Source: Promethearchaeia archaeon (GTDB taxonomy: Archaea; Asgardarchaeota; Lokiarchaeia; Sigyniarchaeales; SOKP01). From it: a stretch of 64,000 bases of DNA. The notes under the pieces were generated by a model that saw nothing but the letters and a program-made list of their open reading frames with translations, made no database searches and was not told the origin of the DNA. Location: assembly GCA_036478875.1 (NCBI GenBank), contig JAZGEW010000055.1, positions 1,005 to 65,004 on the forward strand, written 5' to 3'. Both the position numbers and the translations under genes were made by a program. This document shows positions 27,452-36,145 of the stretch, one piece after another; the stretch's first letter is position 1, and the number at the start of each line of letters is the position of its first letter.

Positions 27452-29326
27452 ATGGTAAAATCCATAAACGTACATAAAAAAGAAGCTAAATTAATATTAG
27501 CATTAATTATAGGTTTATTATTATTTCAAGCAATTTTACCTTATATAGAGGCAGATGATCTGGTTGACGGTCCATTAGATATATCTACTCCACAAAAATC
27601 TATCAATGTCAGTATTGGTAATAGTGCTACAATAGATTGGAGTTTTAGTGTCCCTTCTCATGAATATGCCGTATATTGGGAAATAATAGGACATGGTGTC
27701 AATAAAAGTGGTTGGGGAATAAATGCTAATTGCACAATTCCCGTTGTAACTACTAATGGTACTATATGGATTTATAATTGTAGTGGATATTATGCAAAAT
27801 ATCATGTATGGTGTACTGTATCAGTCATAGGTCAAGAAGAAGTAAGTGGCAGAGATAACGACGGAGTGGATGGTATTTACGCCCAGAAAGTTAATTCTAA
27901 CGGTGTAAACCGATGGGCTGTGAACGGTACCGCAATCTGTATAGCAAGTGGTGATCATAAATCCCCTCAAATTGTCAGTGATGGAGCAGGGGGTGCAATT
28001 ATTACTTGGGAGGAATCTAATATTTATACCCAAAAAGTAAATTCAGATAGTGAGATCCAATGGGATTTGAATGGTAACGCAATCTGCACTGAAGGTGGGA
28101 CTCAAAAAAGTCCTCAACTTGTCAGTGATGGAGCAAATGGCACTATTATTACTTGGCAGGATAGTAGAGATGGAGATTATGATATTTACGCTCAGAAAGT
28201 TAATTCTAGCGGTGATATCCAATGGATTGCAAATGGTACCGCAATTTGTACGGCAAATGGTAGTCAAGAATTCCCTCAACTTGTTAGTGATGGAGTAGGC
28301 GGCGCAATTATTACTTGGCAAGATAATAGAAACGGAGATTATGATATTTACGCTCAAAAAGTTAATTCTAGTGGCGATGTCCAATGGATTGTGAATGGTA
28401 CTACAATCTGCACGGCAAATGGTAGTCAAGAATTCCCTCAACTTGTTAGTGAAGGAGTAAATGGCACTATTATTACTTGGCAGGATAATAGAACCGGAGA
28501 TTTTGATATTTACGCTCAGAAATTTAATTCTAGTGGCGAAATACAATGGATTGCAAATGGTACCGCAATTTGTACGGCAAATGGTAGTCAAGAATTCCCT
28601 CAACTTGTTAGTGATGGAGTAAACGGTACTATTATTACTTGGCAAGATAGTAGAGACGGAGCTGATGATATTTTCATTCAGAAAGTTAATTTTAGCGGCG
28701 ATGTTCAATGGTTTGCGAACGGTACCGCAATCTGCACGGCAAATGGTGATCAAGTGGTACCTCAACTTATAAATGATGGAGCAAACGGCACCATTATTAC
28801 TTGGCAGGATAGTAGAGACGGAGATTATGATATATATGCTCAGAAAGTTAATTCTAGCGGCGATAACCAATGGACTGTAAATGGTACTGCAATCTGTACA
28901 GCAAATAGTGATCAATTGGTGCCTCAACTTATCAGTGATAGTGCAAACGGCACTATTATTACTTGGCAGGATAGTAGAGATGGAGCTGATGATATTTACG
29001 CTCAGAAAGTTAATTCCAACGGCGGAGTGCAGTGGACCACGTACGGTAAAGCAATCTGCATAGCAAATGGTGATCAATTAGTACCACAACTTGTTAGTGA
29101 TGGGGTAGGAGGTGCAATTATTACTTGGATTGATAACAGAGTTGAATTGAGTGGTGGAGATAATGGCGGAGATAATGGTGGAGATGATAATGGATACGTT
29201 GACGAATATGATACATATATTCCCGGATTTCCTCCATTTCTTTTTATCATTATATTTTCAATATGCGTGATTTTTAAAATTATTATATTCCAGATAAAGT
29301 CTAAAAAAGAAAAATTCAAAAAATAA
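27452..29326 (+). CDS. Secreted repeat (beta-propeller-like) surface protein with PGF-CTERM-like anchor
   Basis: Carries a signal anchor and an N-domain paralogous to the next ORF. Eight units of the type DIYAQKVNSSGDIQW..NGTAICTANG.Q..PQLVSDG..G.IITWQD.R.GD follow, then a GGDNGGDNGGDDNG linker and the tail YIPGFPPFLFIIIFSICVIF...KSKKEKFKK. Confidence 0.7.
   Translation: MVKSINVHKKEAKLILALIIGLLLFQAILPYIEADDLVDGPLDISTPQKSINVSIGNSATIDWSFSVPSHEYAVYWEIIGHGVNKSGWGINANCTIPVVTTNGTIWIYNCSGYYAKYHVWCTVSVIGQEEVSGRDNDGVDGIYAQKVNSNGVNRWAVNGTAICIASGDHKSPQIVSDGAGGAIITWEESNIYTQKVNSDSEIQWDLNGNAICTEGGTQKSPQLVSDGANGTIITWQDSRDGDYDIYAQKVNSSGDIQWIANGTAICTANGSQEFPQLVSDGVGGAIITWQDNRNGDYDIYAQKVNSSGDVQWIVNGTTICTANGSQEFPQLVSEGVNGTIITWQDNRTGDFDIYAQKFNSSGEIQWIANGTAICTANGSQEFPQLVSDGVNGTIITWQDSRDGADDIFIQKVNFSGDVQWFANGTAICTANGDQVVPQLINDGANGTIITWQDSRDGDYDIYAQKVNSSGDNQWTVNGTAICTANSDQLVPQLISDSANGTIITWQDSRDGADDIYAQKVNSNGGVQWTTYGKAICIANGDQLVPQLVSDGVGGAIITWIDNRVELSGGDNGGDNGGDDNGYVDEYDTYIPGFPPFLFIIIFSICVIFKIIIFQIKSKKEKFKK
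27875..29140 (+). repeat. Coding tandem repeat, 8 units, 162-bp period
   Basis: Unit starts at 28022, 28184, 28346, 28508, 28670, 28832 and 28994 are in exact 162-bp register. The first unit is 147 bp. A 78-nt stretch is identical between 28220-28297 and 28544-28621. Confidence 0.9.
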
Positions 29327-29332
29327 AATTCT

Positions 29333-29869
29333 ATGCTGATGAAGATGGGTAACTTGATAAAGCTTAAGGGAATACTAAGTAAAGTATTTCTCCTTTTTTT
29401 TATTACAATATTATTTAGCCAAGTATTTCTACATCAAGTTGTAGCCGATGAGATAAAAGACGGAGCCTTTGAGATTAATAGCGGAGATTGGATTAATATC
29501 CAATGTGGTACAAATACTACAATACTTTGGCAATTTCAAGTTGATACGAATGAACGTGCAATATACTGGGAAATAATGGGATATAATGATTTTTTTAAAA
29601 CCGGATGGGGTCCTAACGCAAGTTTTACTACACCCATTTTAAATGAAACAGATGCTAGATATGAGTATGTATGTCATGGTTATTATGCTAAATCTCATGT
29701 ATGGAGCACCATGATTGTTACATGCACAGAAACAGGACAAACAAACGGAAATAATGGTGTTGATCCCATGATTTTTATTTATATAGGAATTCCTATTATT
29801 CTAGTAAGTGGAATAGCTCTAGTCGTTGTAGTCTATTTAAGACGTAAAAAGAAACAAGATTTCTTTTAA
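29333..29869 (+). CDS. Membrane-anchored protein, paralog of the N-domain of the preceding repeat protein
   Basis: DGAFEINSG...ILWQFQV...AIYWEIMGY...GWGPNA...CHGYYAKSHVWSTMIV is colinear with DGPLDISTP...IDWSFSV...AVYWEIIGH...GWGINA...CSGYYAKYHVWCTVSV. C-terminal TM segment followed by RRKKK. Confidence 0.55.
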   Translation: MLMKMGNLIKLKGILSKVFLLFFITILFSQVFLHQVVADEIKDGAFEINSGDWINIQCGTNTTILWQFQVDTNERAIYWEIMGYNDFFKTGWGPNASFTTPILNETDARYEYVCHGYYAKSHVWSTMIVTCTETGQTNGNNGVDPMIFIYIGIPIILVSGIALVVVVYLRRKKKQDFF

Positions 29870-29976
29870 AGCAATAGAACAATGAAATGATATTATTTTA
29901 GATTCGGTGAAAAATACTAGACAAAAAGTTATTAGTTATAAACCAGGATCTAAGGTTAATGGTTTAACATAGTATT

Positions 29977-30258
29977 ATGGAGGGTAGGAGAGATTTGAAA
30001 AAAAAATGGGAATTTACTGAGAAAGAATATATGGAAATTTACCAGATATTCAAAAAAATATCAAGGCCTGAAAATATCCCAACCTTCGATAGGTTTAAGT
30101 TAAATATAGATAAATTTATTGAATTAACTTATGATGCTTATATTCCTAATATTGGATCTAAAGATGAAGCGTTTATAAAATGGGTTAATTTTTTTGGTAA
30201 TCGAGAAATTGCCAGTAGTTATTTTAGAGCTGTTGACAGCTGGCATGCTTACACATAA
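29977..30258 (+). CDS. Hypothetical protein
   Basis: 93-aa ORF with no recognised family. Confidence 0.35.
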   Translation: MEGRRDLKKKWEFTEKEYMEIYQIFKKISRPENIPTFDRFKLNIDKFIELTYDAYIPNIGSKDEAFIKWVNFFGNREIASSYFRAVDSWHAYT

Positions 30259-30431
30259 GTATTAATGTTTGAATTAACTATTAAGGAATTTTCGCTTTTC
30301 TATATTCCTAGAAATTAATAAAAAATAAGAATAAAAAACATACTATTTTATAAAATATTGGTTGATTTTTGCGTATTCATTATTTTCTTATTGCAGCTAT
30401 GTGCATTTGAGTATTTGGTTAATCTCCTTGC

Positions 30432-32687
30432 TTACTTTATTGGACGGCTGTTTGCTTGAAATATAGGGCCTATGAACTGGCTGTAGAGCCTAGAATAACC
30501 TTCTTGATTAGAAACTACTGCGATCATTTCTGCTTCTTTTTCTGTTGCAGGAGCAAGAATTACTTCTTCAGCATCCCGAGTTACTGCAAAAAACTCTCCT
30601 TTCGTCTGTAATTGACGGAACTGTATGTTTCCAAGTTGACGCATTTTCGCGATTATCCCGCTATATTTCTGCAGGTCCCAATGTGTCGTCAACATAAAGC
30701 GAACGGCCTTTTTCTGGAAAGCGTATTCAGAAACAACTTGTAAAATATCAGGAACGACATATGGAGTAACGATAATAATTGATGATTTTACACGATAAAT
30801 TGCATCTTTAATGGCAGCAACCATAGCATCTTTTCCAACTACAGGCCAGGTTGTAACCTTAGCAATTTCTGGAATCGAACTGGAGGCATTATAAATATCA
30901 TTTAATTTTTCTTCATTGTTTTCCGCTAATTCTGTGCCATCATCGATTGAATTCATAAACTGTAGAGTGAAATCTGCTATTGCGTCTTTCACATTTTGAA
31001 TAGTGTCTCTTGTAGTATTTGATAAACTATTTTGAAGCGTCTTTGCGTTTTGTTCGTATTTGGATTTGTGATCCACAAGCATATCGCTTAAGTTTGTATT
31101 CATATCTTTAGCTTCAGCATCCCATAATCTAATTTCACCATCAATTTTGTCAGAACAGTCTCTTTTACCATCAGCAAAATTCATATCCACATCTCTTGTC
31201 CAATCAGCACTTACTTTCTTAATTTCAATGTCAAAATCTGTGTAATGTTTTAATGAATTATCTTTATGAGTATTTATTGCATCATCATATTGTCTTTGAT
31301 GTGTTTTAAGCGAGTTTTCTAAGGAATCTTTTAGTTTTATATTAGTATCAGAACAATCTTTTACTCCATTTTGTAAAGTATCATCAACTTCTCCAGCTAG
31401 ATCAGTTGCTAAGGTTTCTAATTGTGCATCAACGGTTTCCTGAGCCCTGTAATCAAGATCGTTAGTTTCTGTAGCAAGTCCATCATTTTCTTTTACCATA
31501 ATATTTGTTACATCAGATTTAATTTGATCTGTAGTTCCTCGTGTATTTGCAATATAATTGTCGCATGTTTTCATAAAATCGGGTTTCATTGGTTCCGTAA
31601 ATTGTAATATGTTCTCAATGGTAGTTTTATGCCTCGCCTTGTATTTTGCTTTTTTTCCCATCCATAAGAATCCTTTTTTCGACATGTCTTCAGTAAAATC
31701 AGTAAATCTATTTGCATGTTCAAGTAAGTTATCGATTAAGGTTAATGTCATGCTTTTAAAATCATTTGTTTGATCTGTTAGTGTTCTATGCCTCTCATCA
31801 ACAGTTGCCTTTAAGTTTAACTGCAAAGTATCTGTAGTATTCTTCACATGATTAGAGTGTTCTTTTAGTAAATTTGAGATCTTAGCTTTTAAATCAGCAA
31901 TAACTTTATCCATACGTTCTAAATATTTCTCTAGAATTTGTTCTATTTTAGGTTTAAGTTGGTTTGCTGTATTTTTATGTCTTTCAACATGTTCATCCAA
32001 CTCCATCTTCAATTCTTTTTCCAGATTTTCAACTCTGGTTGAAAAATCAAGTAATAATTTTGAAATTAATGAAGTTAGATCATCCTTAGTTTTGGTAACT
32101 TCTGATTCATTTCTACTAACACTTGTTTCTGAAATATTTTTTAAATTTGAATTTAAATTGTCCATTATACTGTGGATATTACCTCCTAATGTTTTGGAGG
32201 TTTCAGTAAACCGATTAGTAGCACTATCAATTCGATTTTTTTTAGTGTTATTTTTTGAATCAGAATCTTCAAAAAATGCCGTGATTTGTGTATCAACAGC
32301 ATTTTCTACTTCCCCAATACTTTTATCCTGAATTGTTTCAAGCTTCTCAAAACGGTTTGATTGATCAGCTAAGATATTATCTTTAATTTTGGCAATTTCA
32401 TTTCTAAAAGTTTCTGATTCATTTGTAAATAGTTCAAAAAATGGCTGAAGCGGAATATATCGCTCAATAATTCCTTCAATTTTTTTAAGAAAACCTTTCT
32501 CAACTAACCAGTTGGTAATTTCTAATACAATTTCATAAGTTAAATCTTCATGTTTCTCAGTAAGAGTCATGTATACTTCAGAAGGAGTTGCTCTGGGAAC
32601 TCTTAAAAACACTAAATAGATATTGATATGATCTTCGGTAAATCCATACCGCGTGAATACTTCTTTAGTGAAATCCTTTAACGACAT
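30432..32687 (-). CDS. TrmB-like protein with ~480-aa helical insertion
   Basis: The N-terminus YGFTEDHINIYLVFLRVPRATPSEVY...LVEKGFLKKIEG is a TrmB-type wHTH. The C-terminus IKDAIYRVKSSIIIVTPYV...FFAVTRDAEEVILAP resembles the TrmB C-terminal (PLD-like) domain. The middle is D/T/N/K-rich predicted helix. Confidence 0.5.
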   Translation of the reverse strand: MSLKDFTKEVFTRYGFTEDHINIYLVFLRVPRATPSEVYMTLTEKHEDLTYEIVLEITNWLVEKGFLKKIEGIIERYIPLQPFFELFTNESETFRNEIAKIKDNILADQSNRFEKLETIQDKSIGEVENAVDTQITAFFEDSDSKNNTKKNRIDSATNRFTETSKTLGGNIHSIMDNLNSNLKNISETSVSRNESEVTKTKDDLTSLISKLLLDFSTRVENLEKELKMELDEHVERHKNTANQLKPKIEQILEKYLERMDKVIADLKAKISNLLKEHSNHVKNTTDTLQLNLKATVDERHRTLTDQTNDFKSMTLTLIDNLLEHANRFTDFTEDMSKKGFLWMGKKAKYKARHKTTIENILQFTEPMKPDFMKTCDNYIANTRGTTDQIKSDVTNIMVKENDGLATETNDLDYRAQETVDAQLETLATDLAGEVDDTLQNGVKDCSDTNIKLKDSLENSLKTHQRQYDDAINTHKDNSLKHYTDFDIEIKKVSADWTRDVDMNFADGKRDCSDKIDGEIRLWDAEAKDMNTNLSDMLVDHKSKYEQNAKTLQNSLSNTTRDTIQNVKDAIADFTLQFMNSIDDGTELAENNEEKLNDIYNASSSIPEIAKVTTWPVVGKDAMVAAIKDAIYRVKSSIIIVTPYVVPDILQVVSEYAFQKKAVRFMLTTHWDLQKYSGIIAKMRQLGNIQFRQLQTKGEFFAVTRDAEEVILAPATEKEAEMIAVVSNQEGYSRLYSQFIGPIFQANSRPIK

Positions 32688-32999
32688 AAATTTTTCTCCA
32701 TCGTAATAATAAATATTTTGTAAAATTCATATTAAAATAAATTTAAGATGAATTCCTTAATATAATATTTTAATCTGAAAATTCTTATTAATTTTTTCAA
32801 AATTCTAATATTAAAATTTAAGGTTCAAGGAAATTTGTATAATTAAGAGTATTCGAAATCTAGAGTAGTTTAAATTCACATAATATAATTATTAAGACAT
32901 TTAAGCGAGTTATGTTAAATCTTATTAATTTAATTGGGAAATATTATTCCTCAATACTTTTTATATTGCCCCCGTTTATTAACTTAAACCAATTTAGGT

Positions 33000-33719
33000 A
33001 TGAAAATAAGAATGAAAAAATTTAATAAAATTCTCATTGGAATTTTTACTTTCGCAATTTTATTTACATTATTCAACGTCAATACGGTATTAGCTGCTCA
33101 AAACACACCCACTCCTGTAAATCAATCCGGAATATATCCATATCGGATACAAGCACATAACAGATCAACATATCAATTCCAATCGCAAACAAGATTAACA
33201 ATTAACTCAACTGTAACAATTAGAGGATATATCAATTGTGATGAAGCTCCGATGATTGGAGATAAACATTTTGAAATTGAAATTGAAGCTGAGAGAGATC
33301 TTCAAATGAATATGACATGTACACGACAGGAGGAACAACTAGGATTACAATTAGGGAATAAATATCGAGTTAGAAACAGAAATCAAAATTTATTATATCA
33401 AGAAGGATTTTGTATTAGGATTCAAACTAATAAATCAGGAGAAGAACAAATTCAAGCAAAACTCAAGATTCAAGCAAATCACGATAATCAAGACGGAACA
33501 TGGGCTTTCTATAATGAAACTCAAGGAGAATGGGAATCAGTACAAACTACTGTACAGGGAGGCTATTTAGTTGGTGAAACTAACCACTTCTCTTATTGGA
33601 CAATACTTATACCTGAAACTGATGATGATTCAATTTCGGCTTTTGTAGGTGTTGAGGTAGTTATTGGAATAACGGTCATTGCTGCGGCTTTAGTTTTATA
33701 TCTTAAGAAAAGAAAGTAA
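33000..33719 (+). CDS. Secreted, C-terminally anchored protein
   Basis: Signal peptide ILIGIFTFAILFTLFNVNTVLAAQ and C-terminal TM segment plus KKRK. The ectodomain is colinear with that of the next ORF. Confidence 0.5.
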   Translation: MKIRMKKFNKILIGIFTFAILFTLFNVNTVLAAQNTPTPVNQSGIYPYRIQAHNRSTYQFQSQTRLTINSTVTIRGYINCDEAPMIGDKHFEIEIEAERDLQMNMTCTRQEEQLGLQLGNKYRVRNRNQNLLYQEGFCIRIQTNKSGEEQIQAKLKIQANHDNQDGTWAFYNETQGEWESVQTTVQGGYLVGETNHFSYWTILIPETDDDSISAFVGVEVVIGITVIAAALVLYLKKRK

Positions 33720-33784
33720 AAGTATTTAAAAATATTTTTTTTTTAGCATTTTTTATATTATTTAAAACAATTGAAAGGATTAAT

Positions 33785-35038
33785 TTGAGTATCACCAGAT
33801 CAGGAAAAAGTAAAAAATATACTTATGGTATTGTCCTAGTTTTATTACTATTTTTACTTGAATATAATTTATTGTTTGTTAATGGTAAAGAAAGAAAAGA
33901 AAAAATCTCCGGTAATGGGACTCAAGATTTTGTTAAACCAAAAGAAAGAGTTTCTTATAATTTCATGAATAATAACACATTCGAAATCTCAACAGACGTA
34001 TATATTGATCTTTATATTGAGTATGATAACAACATTTCCTACCGCCAAACCTATTTTATAATTAATAATAGTATCCCAATTTCTTTAAATATCTCAACAA
34101 AATCGAATTTACAGAATTTTGGTATTATTCAATCACCACAACAACCACAGAAAAGCAATACAAGATTTCATTTTGGATATAATTGTATTTTAATGATAAG
34201 ATCGAATGTCTCAATTGCTAACTTAACTATAAGATTTAGGAAAGTTCAAGAATTTGGTCTTAATTCAGATGCTTTATATTCACTAGCTATATTTGAAACT
34301 AACCAAGAGTCATGGGAATTAATAGAAACAGAAGAGAAAGTCAATGAATCTAACTCTGAAAAATTTATAGAGAGTTCAATTACGATTATTCAACAAGATA
34401 CTGAATATTACATTACTATACTTGAAGTGGAAGCCATCCAAAAAGATTGGACTTGGATGATAATTACGATTTCAATAATCGCATTTGGGATTATAACATT
34501 AGTAGTTCTAATCTCAAAAAAAGATTATTTTCAATATTTAAGAACAAGAACAGTACCAATTGAGAAAGGGGCTCATCGATTATCTCTGGATGATGTTTTG
34601 GAAAATGAAAATCGAAATAAAATTATAGATTTAATCTTAAATGAACCTGGAATTCATTTTAATGAACTCTTACGAAAAACTGGGTTAGCAGCAGGCAATC
34701 TGGTTTGGCATCTTGATATTTTAATTACTTATAAAGTTATTGGGAAAAAACGTATAGGAAATTTTATTGCTTATTTTCCATATTATCAAAAAAACCCAAT
34801 ATCTAATGTAGATTTAAAGTTACAAAAGAGTAAATTAACTTTAGAGGTATTGGAAATGATTGAGAAAAAACCGGGAATATGGAACAACATAATTACTAAA
34901 AAATTTAAGTTAGATCATAAAACTATTCGGTATCATTTAAATAAATTAAATGACTTGGGACTTATTATATTTATAAAAGAAGGAAGAAAAAAGAAAATAT
35001 ATCCAAATCTAGAGTCAGATTATTTCAAGCAAGAATGA
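33785..35038 (+). CDS. Membrane-tethered regulator: ectodomain, TM segment and two winged-helix (ArsR-like) domains
   Basis: TM segment WMIITISIIAFGIITLVVLI in the middle of the protein. Two wHTH units follow: NRNKIIDLILNEPGIHFNELLRKTGLAAGNLVWHLDIL and LEVLEMIEKKPGIWNNIITKKFKLDHKTIRYHLNKLNDLGLI. Confidence 0.6.
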   Translation: MSITRSGKSKKYTYGIVLVLLLFLLEYNLLFVNGKERKEKISGNGTQDFVKPKERVSYNFMNNNTFEISTDVYIDLYIEYDNNISYRQTYFIINNSIPISLNISTKSNLQNFGIIQSPQQPQKSNTRFHFGYNCILMIRSNVSIANLTIRFRKVQEFGLNSDALYSLAIFETNQESWELIETEEKVNESNSEKFIESSITIIQQDTEYYITILEVEAIQKDWTWMIITISIIAFGIITLVVLISKKDYFQYLRTRTVPIEKGAHRLSLDDVLENENRNKIIDLILNEPGIHFNELLRKTGLAAGNLVWHLDILITYKVIGKKRIGNFIAYFPYYQKNPISNVDLKLQKSKLTLEVLEMIEKKPGIWNNIITKKFKLDHKTIRYHLNKLNDLGLIIFIKEGRKKKIYPNLESDYFKQE

Positions 35039-35077
35039 TATTGTATTTGCCTTAATTTTTACTTTTCTTTCTTCGTT

Positions 35078-35497
35078 TTAATTGAGCATTACAGAAGTTT
35101 TAGAGAAAAATAATCTCAACCAATATGAGGTATGTAAGTTCCAGTAATAACTAAGTCGTACCAATTCTCTATGCGATTTAGTAAGTTCTATAGTTTTGTT
35201 TTCAGTAATCACAATTAACTCCTTTTGTTTAGCTTTTTGAATATATTCTTCAACATCAGTATCTTCAATTACAACTTGCTTTGTAGCAGATATGAAGAAA
35301 ATTTTCATTTTGGATTTCAAATCCTCAACATTCGTAATTCCATCGTAAACTAAGCACAAAAAGCCATAAAGAAAATCCTCATGGGGTTCTTATTGATGAC
35401 CATCATAATATTTAGAAACAAATTTAGAGCCCTTACCTCTTGGTCCAAATTTTAACTCTTTTTTCGAATACTTGGATTTCAAATCAGATATCGGCAT
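35078..35497 (-). pseudogene. Small wHTH-like ORF interrupted by an in-frame TAA (35390-35392)
   Basis: ATG at 35497 opens MPISDLKSKYSKKELKFGPRGKGSKFVSKYYDGHQ. TAA follows, then the same frame continues EPHEDFLYGF and joins the track ORF 35078-35359, which otherwise needs a TTG start. Confidence 0.35.
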
Positions 35498-35599
35498 TAT
35501 TTTAGAAATATTATTTTTCAAAATTATATATTTCGGAAATAAATTTTAGCATTATTGAATATTGTAAAACTATTTTTATTAGTAATATGACTAATATGT

Positions 35600-36130
35600 A
35601 TGAAAAACATCTATAATGATTCTAAAATGATGGATCCGACAACTTTTTTAAAATTTCTAAAAGGAAGAAGAAGTATTAGATCATTTCAAGATAAGCCAAT
35701 AGGAGAAAAAGAATTAGAGATGATTATAGAAGCGGGAAGATGGACTCCTAGTGCTTCACACCGCCAACCATGGGAGTTTATTATTATAAAAAATAAAGAG
35801 ACGTTGGAGAAAATCTCTAAAAATGCTTTTAATGGAAAGTTTATTAAAGAGGTATCAGTAGCTATAGCAATTGTTGGTAAAATGAAAACGAGTAGTAAAT
35901 GGTATATAGTTGATACATCTTTAGTATCTATGAATATGATGTTAATGGCATGGTCATTAGAGATTGGAACTTGTTGGATTGGAGCAATGAATCGAGAAAA
36001 AGTAAAAAAAATTCTAGGATTAGGCGAAAATGATTACCTTCTCACAGTTTTACCTTTCGGTTATATTAAAGGAGATATTCCAGATCCAAAACCTAGAAAG
36101 ACCTTAAATAAAATAGTAAAGTATATTTAG
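35600..36130 (+). CDS. Nitroreductase family protein
   Basis: RRSIRSF, AGRWTPSASHRQPWEFIIIKN and GTCWIG...LPFGY are nitroreductase motifs. Confidence 0.85.
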   Translation: MKNIYNDSKMMDPTTFLKFLKGRRSIRSFQDKPIGEKELEMIIEAGRWTPSASHRQPWEFIIIKNKETLEKISKNAFNGKFIKEVSVAIAIVGKMKTSSKWYIVDTSLVSMNMMLMAWSLEIGTCWIGAMNREKVKKILGLGENDYLLTVLPFGYIKGDIPDPKPRKTLNKIVKYI

Positions 36131-36145
36131 TTCTTTAAAGGGCTA

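Noticed and set aside
28043-29077. 344-aa antisense ORF, plus other antisense ORFs at 27575-28033 and 29074-29319, opposite the repeat surface protein
   Set aside because: The open antisense frame is a by-product of the 162-bp repeat, in which the same stop-free antisense unit is reiterated. The sense strand has a signal anchor, a coherent repeat motif and a PGF-CTERM-like tail.
27875-29140. Regular repeats as a possible CRISPR array
   Set aside because: The units are 162 bp and contiguous, with no unique spacers. They are in frame within a long ORF and similar rather than identical. This is a protein-coding tandem repeat.
5540-35392. Idea that the two in-frame TAA codons indicate genome-wide TAA reassignment
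   Set aside because: TAA terminates highly conserved genes at their expected ends in this same window (spt4, rps24e, rps27ae, kae1, rps28e and others). TAA is therefore a normal stop here. Local mutation, sequencing error or site-specific read-through is more likely.
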